Source of the DNA: Lachnospiraceae bacterium
Lineage (GTDB): Bacteria; Bacillota; Clostridia; Lachnospirales; Lachnospiraceae
NCBI GenBank assembly: GCA_009774395.1
Contig: VSNQ01000007.1
Coordinates: forward strand, 3,301 to 67,300
Direction: 5' to 3'
DNA length: 64,000 bases
Within the stretch, counting starts at the first letter, position 1, and every line of letters starts with the position of its first letter. The position numbers and the translations under genes are program-made. Of this stretch, positions 18,484 to 30,510 are shown one piece after another. The notes under the pieces are model-generated. The model had not been told where the DNA came from. It searched no databases and saw nothing but the letters and a program-made list of their open reading frames with translations.

Positions 18484-19131
18484 TTACTTTATCCCCTGCC
18501 ACCATGAACTGGATAATACAATATCCCATAAGCCATTAGACACAATCGGTTTTAGAAAAACTGTAATGAAAAGCATAACTGCCAAAATAATAAAAGGTTC
18601 AAATCGTATCAAATATTCTTTATTATCAGCTAACTGAAAAGGTAGTTTAAAAGAAAATCTTTTACTTATATAATATCCTATAACTGTTCCTGTTGTATTC
18701 GTAATCAAATCATCTATATCTGTAAGTCTAAAGGCAAATATCTGTAATATCTCAATAGTGACTGATACTACAAATCCCATTAAAACCATAATTTTTACAG
18801 AACGATAATTCTTCCAAATAACAGGCACTAAAAATCCTAAAGGCATAAATAACACAATATTCAAAATAGTATTTTTAGTATATTCAATCGGGCTATTTAC
18901 AATGTCTATTAGTGGTATTAGATTCAAACTAAAATCAATCTTGAATGTGCCAACCACAGGAATACCCACAACAGAAAAAACTGCTATGGAATATAATGAA
19001 AATATAAAAATTGCAATAAATTGATTACAATTTCGTTGTCTAAATACAGCGCACTGCAAAATAAATATAGCAGGAATCACAAAAATAATGGATGAAATAC
19101 AATCTATTCCAATAGATAATATACGTATCAC
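18484..19131 (-). CDS. VanZ family membrane protein
   Basis: NLIP...LNIVLFMPLG...IEILQ...R.TDIDDLITNT.G. Confidence 0.85.
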   Translation of the reverse strand: MIRILSIGIDCISSIIFVIPAIFILQCAVFRQRNCNQFIAIFIFSLYSIAVFSVVGIPVVGTFKIDFSLNLIPLIDIVNSPIEYTKNTILNIVLFMPLGFLVPVIWKNYRSVKIMVLMGFVVSVTIEILQIFAFRLTDIDDLITNTTGTVIGYYISKRFSFKLPFQLADNKEYLIRFEPFIILAVMLFITVFLKPIVSNGLWDIVLSSSWWQGIK

Positions 19132-19654
19132 TTTCTTCTACCTCTCAAATTTCTATATATTGTATATCATCTTATCACACCCACGATTATGATTCCATTG
19201 ATATTCACTTAATATTTACTTAATATTTCTTTAAATTTCTTTATTTCGTTGAATTATTGAAAAATAATTTTGTATCATAATCATTTCGTACATTTTATGC
19301 TGCCTGCATACTCTCTTTCTCAATTACAAGATAATTAATTAAACGCTCTAAGTCTTCTTCTGCATTTCTTGGAACTACTACTTTATAATTCATACTTTTC
19401 CCTCATATCACGAGAAGCTGCTGCCGCATTCTTATTCACACAACAAAAATACATATCTTTAATATTAAGATATATCATGCATCTAGTACACCGTTTTTTA
19501 ATTCCTCATATACCAAGCATCCGCTATCTGCATCATTGCCGCGTTGTCGTCAGTCAACGATACCACCGCATCGCCTCCTTCCTCCACCTTGCACGGATAC
19601 AAATATCAAGCACTTTGTTTACGAGGATTAAGAAAACGGTGTACTAGCCAAATA

Positions 19655-21067
<1,413 letters not shown>

Positions 21068-21180
21068 TTATATAACGTAGTCAGCGTTAGTATGTCCCAT
21101 TAACAGGAAAAAATTCATAGAAATGCATTGCGTTATTGCTCAAATAATGATTTAGCAGTATATTAAACTAAATATAACTA

Positions 21181-21270
21181 TATACACACAGCCGCACATA
21201 GGAAAATTGCCGCTTTGCGGTGCGCGAATGGCGCAACTGCACGGCAAATCTGTTTGCCGTGCAGTACATA
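21181..21270. repeat. TATAC-ended palindromic element; internally deleted copy at 39351-39391
   Basis: TATACACACAGCC.CAC.AAGGAAA.TTGCCG ... TTGCCGT.CAGTA shared by both copies. Confidence 0.6.
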
Positions 21271-21289
21271 AATTGAAGGAGTTTATTAT

Positions 21290-21556
21290 ATGAAAGAAAG
21301 AATCTGGCACTGTCTACGTCAAAGCCTTAATGCTTTGATTATAGCGGGCATTATTATTTTATTGATCGGTCTATATTATTTGATAATTAAAGCAGGCATT
21401 CCCTACCAAGATCCGCCCCTAGATTTGCAGCTACAATATGCAGTTAATACAAGAATTGGCAGTATATTAACGGGAATTGGTTTTAAAATGGTTATTTTGG
21501 GAGGTATTTTTCGATTTACTTTGCAATTCATAGGGAAAAACAGTCAAACAAAATAA
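21290..21556 (+). CDS. Small two-TM membrane protein
   Basis: AAGGAG RBS; two hydrophobic helices around AGIPYQDPP. Confidence 0.7.
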   Translation: MKERIWHCLRQSLNALIIAGIIILLIGLYYLIIKAGIPYQDPPLDLQLQYAVNTRIGSILTGIGFKMVILGGIFRFTLQFIGKNSQTK

Positions 21557-21564
21557 TACAATCC

Positions 21565-21715
21565 GTAACAGTTTAGCCTTTGGCTTCCTGTTACAGGCAT
21601 CAAGCCATGCAAAACCACTTCGTGAAAACCACTTCGTGGTGGCTTGATGCATCTCTGCCACTACGCTGTTTCACGGACTTTGCAGTAAATGCAAAGTCCT
21701 AGGCTGAACTATTAC
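21565..21715. mobile_element. 151-bp MITE, GTAAC family (older copy)
   Basis: Ends GTAACAGTTTAGCCT / AGGCTGAACTATTAC; flanks TACAATCC / TACGATCA (6/8 match). Confidence 0.65.
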
Positions 21716-21849
21716 TACGATCACATTAAAAACTTCAAAATCCCCTTCCACCGTCAATATGTCTAAAGTCAAACGGTAAAAGGGGAATTTTTGTCACTAT
21801 AAATCCTTGCCAAATTGCAGCGAGTTTTTACACAGTTCTACTATATTTT

Positions 21850-23391
21850 TTACTTCCGAACAAGCAGCGATTTTCCTGTCATTTCTGGTGGCTGCTGCAT
21901 TCCCATTGTTTCAATTAATGTCGGAACAATATCTGCAAGGCATCCGCCCTCCCGCAGCGTATACGCTGGATCGTAATTTACAAGGATAAACGGCACAGGA
22001 TTTGTCGTGTGCGCTGTAAATGGCGCGCCTGTTTCATAGTCGACAAGCTGCTCTGCATTTCCATGATCAGCACAGATAAATAAAGTTCCGTCTGCCTTTA
22101 AGATTGTATCCACAACCTTTCCGACACACTCGTCTACTGCTTCCACCGCTTTAATGGCAGCCGCTTCTACACCAGTATGCCCTACCATATCTGGATTAGC
22201 GAAGTTAATAATAATCACATCATATTTTCCTGATTCAATTGCTTCTATCAACTTATCGCAGACCGTATAGGCACTCATCTCTGGCTTTAAGTCATAAGTT
22301 GCCACTTCCTTGGGAGAAGGTACGAGAACTCTGTCCTCGCCTTCGTTTGGCTCTTCAACACCGCCGTTAAAGAAAAAGGTAACATGCGCATATTTCTCTG
22401 TTTCTGCAATTCTTGCCTGTTTCATATTGTTTGCTGCAAGCCATTCACCAAAAGTGTTCGTAACAGCAATCTTATGAAATGCCACCGATTTATTCGGTAT
22501 TGTAGGATCATAATCAGAGAAACACACATATTTTAAATCAAGCCGTTTTCTGTCAAAGCCCTTGAAATCGTCATCGCAAAATGCTCTTGTAATCTCTCTT
22601 GCTCTATCAGGTCTAAAATTAAAGAATACCACCGAATCGCCATCCTGAATCGTTGCCACCGGTTTACCATTCTCCATAACCACTGTTGGAAGCACAAATT
22701 CATCCGTCTTGTCATTGTCATAAGACTGCTGGATCGCGGCTGGACCGGATGGTGCCTGCTCCCCTTTTCCTGCGGTTAAAGCGTCATATGCCAACTGCAC
22801 ACGGTCATAATTATTATCTCTATCCATTGCATAGTAGCGACCCATAACAGAAGCAATCTTACCGACACCGATCTCAGCCATTTTTGCTTCCAACGCTTCT
22901 GCAAACTCTTTGCCCGAAGCAGGCGGTGTGTCACGTCCGTCTAAGAACGCATGAACATAGACATCCGACAAACCATTTTTCTTCGCAAGTTCCAAAAGTC
23001 CATAAAGATGCGTATTGTGGCTGTGTACGCCGCCATCGGACAATAATCCGAAGAGATGAAGTGCAGAATGTTTCTCCTTACAGTTGTTTACCGCTTCCAT
23101 TAATGCCGGATTCTCAAAGAATGTGCCGTCTTCAATTTCCTTCGTAATGCGAGTAAGTTCTTGATATACAATTCTTCCAGCACCCATATTTAAGTGCCCT
23201 ACTTCCGAATTGCCCATCTGCCCCTCTGGAAGCCCAACTGCCATACCGCTGGCATTTCCCTTTGCAAAAGGGTATTCTTTCATCAGCCTGTCCATAACAG
23301 GTGTTTTTCCTAACGCCACCGCATTGTGTTCCGTCTTCTCATTCAAGCCGTAGCCGTCCAGAATCATTAAGACTGTTGTTTTTTTACTCAT
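21850..23391 (-). CDS. gpmI: 2,3-bisphosphoglycerate-independent phosphoglycerate mutase
   Basis: LMILDGYG, GQMGNSEVGH, NFRPDRAR, AETEKYAHVT, ADHGNAE. Confidence 0.97.
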   Translation of the reverse strand: MSKKTTVLMILDGYGLNEKTEHNAVALGKTPVMDRLMKEYPFAKGNASGMAVGLPEGQMGNSEVGHLNMGAGRIVYQELTRITKEIEDGTFFENPALMEAVNNCKEKHSALHLFGLLSDGGVHSHNTHLYGLLELAKKNGLSDVYVHAFLDGRDTPPASGKEFAEALEAKMAEIGVGKIASVMGRYYAMDRDNNYDRVQLAYDALTAGKGEQAPSGPAAIQQSYDNDKTDEFVLPTVVMENGKPVATIQDGDSVVFFNFRPDRAREITRAFCDDDFKGFDRKRLDLKYVCFSDYDPTIPNKSVAFHKIAVTNTFGEWLAANNMKQARIAETEKYAHVTFFFNGGVEEPNEGEDRVLVPSPKEVATYDLKPEMSAYTVCDKLIEAIESGKYDVIIINFANPDMVGHTGVEAAAIKAVEAVDECVGKVVDTILKADGTLFICADHGNAEQLVDYETGAPFTAHTTNPVPFILVNYDPAYTLREGGCLADIVPTLIETMGMQQPPEMTGKSLLVRK

Positions 23392-23513
23392 TCATTTTCT
23401 CTCCTTTACTTTATATAAATTTGATTGATTTAACTTATTTTTGGCAGCAGTTTCCTACCATGTTAAAGTATACACTTTTTTATGATTTTCCGCAATATAT
23501 TTAAAAAAATTAG

Positions 23514-23542
23514 TTGACAGATACGCCAAACCGGAGTATGGT
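23514..23542 (+). promoter_or_regulatory. Sigma-A promoter for the ABC exporter leader
   Basis: TTGACA-17 nt-TATGGT. Confidence 0.55.
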
Positions 23543-23617
23543 TATAAGTACAGTTGTTAGAAGTTGGAAAAATATTAGGTACTGTCAAGAAATAACGTTT
23601 AAATAGTGCGTAGGATT

Positions 23618-23753
23618 GTAACAGTTCAGCTAGGTCTGCGCATTTACTGCGCTGACCGTAATAAAATGTAGTGGTTGGAGGTATCCAGCCCATCGCGAAG
23701 CGATTTCCAATGGCTGGATACGTAACAGTTCAATGGGTTATCTGAACTGTTAC
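23618..23753. mobile_element. 136-bp MITE, GTAAC family, with 8-bp target-site duplication GTAGGATT
   Basis: TIR GTAACAGTTCAG/CTGAACTGTTAC; duplication at 23610-23617 and 23754-23761; near-identical inverted copy at 34649-34784. Confidence 0.85.
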
Positions 23754-23898
23754 GTAGGATTTTTCTTCGATAGTGCGCTCAAAAATCAGGTGCATAGCGG
23801 GCTATGTAACTAATTTTTGAATGGTACTATCGGAGAAAAAGACAAGCAATATTAAAAGTTATTTTTGGACAGTTTCTTAGGAAAAGGAGGTAAAAAAA

Positions 23899-23985
23899 AT
23901 GTTACAAAATACAACAATCAAGTTTCAAACCAATTTCAATAAACATATAACATGTAAATTTACCTCTGGGCATATTTTATTATGA
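23899..23985 (+). CDS. Putative leader peptide MLQNTTIKFQTNFNKHITCKFTSGHILL (28 aa)
   Basis: AAGGAGG RBS 8 nt before ATG; followed by a terminator upstream of the ABC genes. Confidence 0.6.
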   Translation: MLQNTTIKFQTNFNKHITCKFTSGHILL

Positions 23986-24030
23986 TATTTATTTGTGATA
24001 TCTCGAACATATTATCATAATGATACTATT

Positions 24031-24067
24031 AAAAACCGCAGGGAATTTACCCCTGCGGTTTTTTTTG
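24031..24067 (+). terminator. Intrinsic terminator (attenuator) in the ABC exporter leader
   Basis: AAAACCGCAGGG...CCCTGCGGTTTTTTTT. Confidence 0.8.
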
Positions 24068-24217
24068 CACACAGACGTTATACAATTGCCGCTTTGCGGC
24101 GTGCAGCTTGCTGATGAACGCCTATCGTGCGCGTAGTGGAACGGATATTCTCTACGCAATTGCCCAGAAGGACAACACAAAATCTATTATTATCAAAAAC
24201 AGGAGGAAAACCCCAAA

Positions 24218-25954
24218 ATGAGAAAAAAACTATCCACCTATATTTGGGAATACAAATGGGCTTATCTTTTTGCCATTGTATCACTGATTATCAGTGTTTC
24301 ACTGGATATGCTTGCGCCTATGCTCACAATGCACATTATTGATGATGTAATTCTGGGCGGTGAGCTTGCGATTTTGCCTTATTTATTGGGAGGCATTTTA
24401 GTTGTCGGTGTCGGCAGATGTATTTTTCAATATGCAAAAGAATACACCTTCGATCGCATCGGTTCCTCGGTTGCCTCCGATATGCGCAAAAACCTGTTCG
24501 ATCATATTCAGAGTTTAAGCTGCAATTACTTTGACAAAACCAATACAGGTGAGCTAATGGCGCGTGTTAAAGACGATATTGACCGCATCTGGAACACGCT
24601 TTCCTATGTAAGTATGCTGATTATCGAAGTAATCTTTCATACCTGCGTCGTTTTGTTCTGTATGTACCGGCTTCATGCACCGCTTGCCGTAATCCCAACA
24701 ATTGCGATGATTTTATCTGCACTGGTGGCTGTGGGAATGGAAAAGCATCTTGGTGCAATCTATGAGGATATCAGTGAAGAAAACGCCGCACTCAACACCG
24801 TTGCCGAGGAAAATCTTGCAGGTGTGCGCACCGTAAAGGCATTTGCACGGGAAAAATTTGAAATCAATAAATTTTTATCGCACAACAAGCGCTATTATGA
24901 ACTTAATATGCGTCAGTCAAAAGTATTTGTGCGCTACTATCCATATTTGCAGATTATTACAAAGCTATTGCCAATGCTAATCCTTTTGCTGGGCGGCAGG
25001 CTTGTAATTGAAGGGACTATTACATTGGGCGTACTTGGCGCGTTTCTTGAATATTCCAACAATATTGTTTGGCCTATGGAAATGCTTGGGTGGCTGTCCA
25101 ACGATTTTTCTGCGGGAATTGCTTCCAATAAAAAGCTTACAGGCATTTACGCGCAACAACCAGAAATTACAGAGCCCGAAAATCCTGTCGTTTTAGAATC
25201 GGTTCAAGGAAAAATTGAGTTTTCGCATGTATCTTTTCACAAGGAAGACCAGCACGAAATCCTTCACGATATTTCCTTTGTAGCGGAAGCTGGCTCTACC
25301 ATCGGCATTATGGGTGCGACTGGTGCAGGAAAAACTTCGGTTATCCAGCTATTGCAACGGTTGTATGACGCTACGGACGGCACAATTTACTTAGACGGAA
25401 CAGACATTACCAAGTTATCGTTAGAGCAGCTCCGCGGTAGTATCTCGCTGGTAATGCAGGATGTATTTTTATTTTCTGATACGATTAATGAAAATGTAAA
25501 ACTAGGCAAAAAATCTCTAATTGACGACGCGATTGTGCGCAAAGCTTCACGCGACGCACAGGCAAGCAGCTTTATTGAACGGATGCAAGATGAGTATGAA
25601 ACGGTTATCGGTGAACGTGGCGTCGGTTTATCCGGTGGTCAAAAACAGCGCATCAGCATTGCACGTGCCTTTGCAAAAAGAACTCCCGTTCTGGTAATGG
25701 ATGATTCTACCTCCGCGCTCGATATGGAAACAGAACATGAAATCCAAAAAACATTAAAGGAACTTCCCAATACGACAAAGCTGATTATCGCACACCGTAT
25801 CAGTGCCGTACGTCATGCAGACGAAATTATCGTGCTGGAAAATGGCTCTATCGCAGAACGCGGCACACACGAAGAACTGCTGCAGCGCAAGGGATTATAC
25901 TATACCACCTATGTTTCTCAATATGGCAATCACGAAGAATTGTTAAGAGCATAA
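24218..25954 (+). CDS. ABC multidrug-type exporter, fused TMD-NBD (subunit 1)
   Basis: Six-TM N-domain; GATGAGKT, LSGGQKQR, degenerate Walker B MDD. Confidence 0.93.
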   Translation: MRKKLSTYIWEYKWAYLFAIVSLIISVSLDMLAPMLTMHIIDDVILGGELAILPYLLGGILVVGVGRCIFQYAKEYTFDRIGSSVASDMRKNLFDHIQSLSCNYFDKTNTGELMARVKDDIDRIWNTLSYVSMLIIEVIFHTCVVLFCMYRLHAPLAVIPTIAMILSALVAVGMEKHLGAIYEDISEENAALNTVAEENLAGVRTVKAFAREKFEINKFLSHNKRYYELNMRQSKVFVRYYPYLQIITKLLPMLILLLGGRLVIEGTITLGVLGAFLEYSNNIVWPMEMLGWLSNDFSAGIASNKKLTGIYAQQPEITEPENPVVLESVQGKIEFSHVSFHKEDQHEILHDISFVAEAGSTIGIMGATGAGKTSVIQLLQRLYDATDGTIYLDGTDITKLSLEQLRGSISLVMQDVFLFSDTINENVKLGKKSLIDDAIVRKASRDAQASSFIERMQDEYETVIGERGVGLSGGQKQRISIARAFAKRTPVLVMDDSTSALDMETEHEIQKTLKELPNTTKLIIAHRISAVRHADEIIVLENGSIAERGTHEELLQRKGLYYTTYVSQYGNHEELLRA

Positions 25955-26021
25955 TTTTCACTATGGATAGATAACGTTCACCTTGATTTATATATAGAAT
26001 AGAAAGGAATGATTAAATTTT

Positions 26022-27800
26022 ATGGCTTTTAATTCATATAAGCAGGACGAAACAATCCGTGATGTCAGCAAAATACAGACATTGGGACGATTGTTTGCGT
26101 ATTTGCTGAAACATAAACTTCCAGTATTTGCAGTATTGCTGATTATGGCTTACTGTGTTGCAGTTAGTTTAATTAACCCTCTAATTATTGAATCAGCGAT
26201 CGATAATTATATCTCTGTAGGAGATTATACTGGATTGTATCGTCTGGCAGGAATTGCGCTGTTTCTAAATGCAATTTTAATTATATTAGTGAAGGCACGT
26301 ATGTATATTATGGCAAAGGTCTGTAATAAGGTACTTGTGGAGATACGACAGCAGCTTTATATGCATATCCAAACACTGGATTTTCAATTTTTTGACAGCC
26401 GTCCGACCGGAAAAATTCTCGCCCGCATTATCGGTGATATTAATTCCTTAAAAGATGTGCTTTCCAACAGCGTTACAACATTAATCCCTGATTTTATCAC
26501 AATCTGCGCGGTTGTGGGCATTATGTTTGTGAAAAATGCCAAGCTTGCTTTCGCAGCGCTTATCAGTATCCCGCTTATGTTTGTCGGCGTATGGTTTATA
26601 CAGGTGCGCTCGCATAAACGCTGGCAGATTTTCCGGAAAAAATCTTCAAATCTCAATGCTTTTGTGCACGAAGATTTATCGGGTATCCGTATTATTCAAA
26701 GCTTTCATGCTGAAAAAGAAACACGGGAAACCTTTCACACGCTGGTAACGGAACACCGTTCTTCCTTTATGGACGCCGTATTATATGCCGACGCATTCGG
26801 CTCTGTTGTAGATTTTTGCTGGGGGTTAGGAAATGTATCCCTATGGTATACTGGTATTATGATTCTCGGCGTTGACACGGTTTCTGTTGGTACGCTAATC
26901 GCCTTTGGAACCTATATTTCCATGTTTTGGCAGCCGATTATGAACCTTAGTAATTTTTACAATCAACTCATAACCAATATTTCTGGTGCAGAGCGTATTT
27001 TTGAGATTCTGGATACAAAACCAGATATTAAAGACGCTGAAAACGTAGTGGAAATGCCAGAAATTGCTGGCACCGTAGATTTTCAGAATGTCGGTTTCTC
27101 CTATGATGAAAATACAAAGGTTCTTGACAACGTCAGTTTCCATATCCGTCAAGGAGAAACCATTGCGCTTGTCGGCCCGACTGGTGCTGGAAAAACGACA
27201 ATTGTCAACCTTATTAGCCGTTTTTATGATATTCAGGAGGGAACGATATGCATTGACGGACATGATATTAAATCCGTAAGCATTGAAAGCCTGCGCCAGC
27301 AGATGGGAATTATGACACAGGATAATTTCCTCTTTACTGGAACTATCCGCGAAAATATTGCATATGGCAAGTTAGACGCAACAGACGAAGAAATTATTGC
27401 TGCCGCCAAGGCAGTTCATGCACACGACTTTATTATGAAACTTCCCGATGGATACAACACCCGTTTAGAGGAACGCGGCGGCGGTTTATCCGTTGGTCAG
27501 AAACAGCTTCTCGCCTTTGCACGCACAATGGTCAGCGCACCAAAAATCCTAATTCTCGATGAAGCAACTTCCAGTATCGACACGAAAACGGAACTTTTGG
27601 TACAGGAAGGCATTGAAGCGCTGCTCAAAGGCAGAACCTCCTTCGTTATCGCACACCGTCTTTCCACGATTCAAAAGGCAGACCGGATTTTTGTAATTGA
27701 CAACGGCGGCATTGTCGAACAAGGCAGCGCCAAAGAATTAATGGCGAAAAAAGGAGCATATTACAAACTGTATACTGCACAGCTTCAAGATGTAATATAA
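26022..27800 (+). CDS. ABC multidrug-type exporter, fused TMD-NBD (subunit 2)
   Basis: GPTGAGKT, LSVGQKQ, ILDEATS; typical heterodimer pair. Confidence 0.93.
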   Translation: MAFNSYKQDETIRDVSKIQTLGRLFAYLLKHKLPVFAVLLIMAYCVAVSLINPLIIESAIDNYISVGDYTGLYRLAGIALFLNAILIILVKARMYIMAKVCNKVLVEIRQQLYMHIQTLDFQFFDSRPTGKILARIIGDINSLKDVLSNSVTTLIPDFITICAVVGIMFVKNAKLAFAALISIPLMFVGVWFIQVRSHKRWQIFRKKSSNLNAFVHEDLSGIRIIQSFHAEKETRETFHTLVTEHRSSFMDAVLYADAFGSVVDFCWGLGNVSLWYTGIMILGVDTVSVGTLIAFGTYISMFWQPIMNLSNFYNQLITNISGAERIFEILDTKPDIKDAENVVEMPEIAGTVDFQNVGFSYDENTKVLDNVSFHIRQGETIALVGPTGAGKTTIVNLISRFYDIQEGTICIDGHDIKSVSIESLRQQMGIMTQDNFLFTGTIRENIAYGKLDATDEEIIAAAKAVHAHDFIMKLPDGYNTRLEERGGGLSVGQKQLLAFARTMVSAPKILILDEATSSIDTKTELLVQEGIEALLKGRTSFVIAHRLSTIQKADRIFVIDNGGIVEQGSAKELMAKKGAYYKLYTAQLQDVI

Positions 27801-27816
27801 TATATAATTACAATTG

Positions 27817-27912
27817 GGGCTGTCGCATTAAGGGAAACATATACAAGATATTGTAATGCCGTACCGCATTTTATACCATATTTTGTATAATCAAAACTTA
27901 TTGCGACAGCCC
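27817..27912. mobile_element. ~96-bp inverted-repeat element between convergent genes
   Basis: TIR GGGCTGTCGCA/TGCGACAGCCC; diverged copy at 51495-51592. Confidence 0.65.
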
Positions 27913-29261
27913 TATCTTTTATTCGACCGCCGCCAGATTTTGCGCTTCTGTGCCTCTTTTATCAACATATCGCGAAAATCTGGATGCGCAATTGATATCA
28001 ACCCCTCTGCCCGCTCCCATGTCGAGCGCCCCTCCAAGTTAATTGCGCCGTACTCCGTAACAAGGAAATAAACCTGGCTTCTTGGCGAGGTTATAATATC
28101 GCCATCAAACTGTGGTCGAATGCGCGAATGATAGACGCCCTCCTTATCTTTATATACAGAACTCATACAGATAAATGCTTTTCCGCCTCGGGAAGCTGAT
28201 GCGCCGATTAAAAAATCAAGCTGCCCGCCTGTTCCGCTAATCTGCCTAGAACCAGAACTCTCTGCCGCAACCTGCCCATATAAATCCACAGAAACACAGC
28301 TATTAATAGATACCATATTGTCAATCTGCGCAATAACACTTGGACGATTTACATATTCTAAAGGATATGCTGCAATCCCGTGATTGTCGTCCACCCATTC
28401 ATAAAGTGCACGCGAACCAATGGCACAGCCAAACACACCCTTCCCCTTGTCAATGTTCTTCCTGCGGTTTGTAAGCTTGCCTGCTTTATACATACTTAAA
28501 TACGCGTCAGAACAAAGCTCCGTATGCATCCCTAAATCTTTTATATCCGATTCTGCAATTAACTCACCCAATGCGTTTGGCATACTGCCGATTCCCAACT
28601 GGAGCGTTGCCCCATCTACCAAATACGGCAAAATATTTTTGGCAATTTTTCTGTCGGTATCGGTGGGAGCAGTTGCTTTTGTATTGGAAAATGGCGTATG
28701 TTCTCCCTCGACAATATAATCCACATCCGAAACATGAATACATTCATCATATCCTCCATGTACCTTTGGAAGATATTTATTTACTTCGACAATAACAATA
28801 TCCGCCATGCGTGTAATCGGCGCCGCAACACCAGTATTTACCGAAAAATTAAAATATCCATGCTTATCCATAGGCGACACGCTTACCATAACCACATTGA
28901 CTTTTAAGAAAAACTGATAATATGCGGCATTATTTTGAAATACCATAGGAATATAATAACAAAGCCCTTTATCACACAGTTTCCGCTCATAGGAAGAACA
29001 ATGCCAGCTATGATAAACAAAATGTTCCTGACTTTCATCGCATTCCACGGTTTCAATCGGACCTGCAATAAGATTTCCACGTATTTTCACATCGTAAAGT
29101 TCATCGCGCCGCCGTGACAGCGCTCTGTCCAAAAGCACGGGCTTTCCCAGACAGCTTGTATAATCAACCCAATCGCCGCTCTTTACCACTCCGACCGCTT
29201 CCTCTGGTGTGACAAGCTTTGCACGGTATTGTGTCAGAAAATTTTGCAGCATAGTGTTCAC
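27912..29261 (-). CDS. but: Butyryl-CoA:acetate CoA-transferase family protein
   Basis: VKSGDWVDY, LQLGIG.MPN, DLGMHTE, ISGTGGQLDF, ISIAHPDFR. Confidence 0.8.
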   Translation of the reverse strand: MNTMLQNFLTQYRAKLVTPEEAVGVVKSGDWVDYTSCLGKPVLLDRALSRRRDELYDVKIRGNLIAGPIETVECDESQEHFVYHSWHCSSYERKLCDKGLCYYIPMVFQNNAAYYQFFLKVNVVMVSVSPMDKHGYFNFSVNTGVAAPITRMADIVIVEVNKYLPKVHGGYDECIHVSDVDYIVEGEHTPFSNTKATAPTDTDRKIAKNILPYLVDGATLQLGIGSMPNALGELIAESDIKDLGMHTELCSDAYLSMYKAGKLTNRRKNIDKGKGVFGCAIGSRALYEWVDDNHGIAAYPLEYVNRPSVIAQIDNMVSINSCVSVDLYGQVAAESSGSRQISGTGGQLDFLIGASASRGGKAFICMSSVYKDKEGVYHSRIRPQFDGDIITSPRSQVYFLVTEYGAINLEGRSTWERAEGLISIAHPDFRDMLIKEAQKRKIWRRSNKR

Positions 29262-29283
29262 ACTCCACTTGATAAAAAATTAT

Positions 29284-30471
29284 TTACTCCAACGCAGCCG
29301 CCAGCACATTCCGCAGTTTTCTAGTAAGAGAAAATGTCCCTGCATCACGTAACTGCACCATCATTAGAAATACGAGATCCTCCTGTGGTATATTGGCAAA
29401 GTATGGTCCTAACCAGCCATCCCAACCATATTCCCCCATAAATCCATTATAAACTGCCAAAGACGGATCCGTCAAAACCCGCATTAAATTTCCATATGTA
29501 TAACCGGCTAGGCTTTCCCAAGTCTGCATCGGCGCCTGCTGTGAGGGCAGCAAATGCCCGTTTGTCATAAATGCCACGGTTGCAGGCGACAGTATCCGCT
29601 TCCCACAGTAGCTTCCCTTATTGAGCAGCATCTGCGCAAAATGCTTGTAATCCTCTATCGTAGACACCAGTCCTGCGCCGCCCGATTCATAACAGATTTC
29701 TACATCCATATGATTGCAGATACCTAAATGATTTCCATTGTACTGCGTCAACCCATCAGCAGTTTTTTCATAAACCGTTGTTAATCTATCTCTTTTCTCT
29801 TTTGGTACAGCAAAACCGGTGTCATTCATTCCCAATGGTTCAAAAAATTCCTTTTCCAAAAACGTACCAAACCGCAATCCACTTGCCGCTTCAACCACTG
29901 CTCCCAGCACATCTGCACAGGTACTGTACCGCCACTGTGTCCCCGGCTGGAATGCAAGTCTTCCCTCTCCCAGTTTAGAAGCCACTTCCAATGTTGTCAT
30001 TGGATTCTGTGAATACATTCTTTTATCCAATTCCTCAAATACTTTTGCTGCGTCATGGCTTGCCGGATCGGGATCGCAGTTATAGGCAAGCCCTGCTGTC
30101 ATAGACAGACAATCCTTGATTGTAATACAACGTTCGGCTGGAACTCCCCCATTTTCTGACACAACTGTCATTTTCTCAAAGCTGGGAATATATTTCCCAA
30201 TCGGATCAAGCAAATCGATGATACCGCGCTCTATCAACAGCATTACTGCGGCAGACGTTACCGGTTTTGTCATAGAATACAGCCGAAACAGGCTATCCCG
30301 CTGTATTTTCCTCCCCGTTGCAATATCCGCAAATCCCTCTTGCGCATAATAAATCTCCTCACCATAATGTAATACACATACATTTCCTCCGGCAATCTCC
30401 TTTTGCTCAACATATTCACGCAAAATTGCCCCCATCCGATCAAGTTTCCGCACATCCATTGTCTTTCCCAT
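29284..30471 (-). CDS. Serine hydrolase, beta-lactamase class C/esterase family
   Basis: FRLYSMTK (SxxK), FQPGTQWRYS, PLGM.DT, GWDG. Confidence 0.9.
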   Translation of the reverse strand: MGKTMDVRKLDRMGAILREYVEQKEIAGGNVCVLHYGEEIYYAQEGFADIATGRKIQRDSLFRLYSMTKPVTSAAVMLLIERGIIDLLDPIGKYIPSFEKMTVVSENGGVPAERCITIKDCLSMTAGLAYNCDPDPASHDAAKVFEELDKRMYSQNPMTTLEVASKLGEGRLAFQPGTQWRYSTCADVLGAVVEAASGLRFGTFLEKEFFEPLGMNDTGFAVPKEKRDRLTTVYEKTADGLTQYNGNHLGICNHMDVEICYESGGAGLVSTIEDYKHFAQMLLNKGSYCGKRILSPATVAFMTNGHLLPSQQAPMQTWESLAGYTYGNLMRVLTDPSLAVYNGFMGEYGWDGWLGPYFANIPQEDLVFLMMVQLRDAGTFSLTRKLRNVLAAALE

Positions 30472-30510
30472 TTTCCTAATCCTTTCCTAAAACGTATTTT
30501 GAGTAAAATT

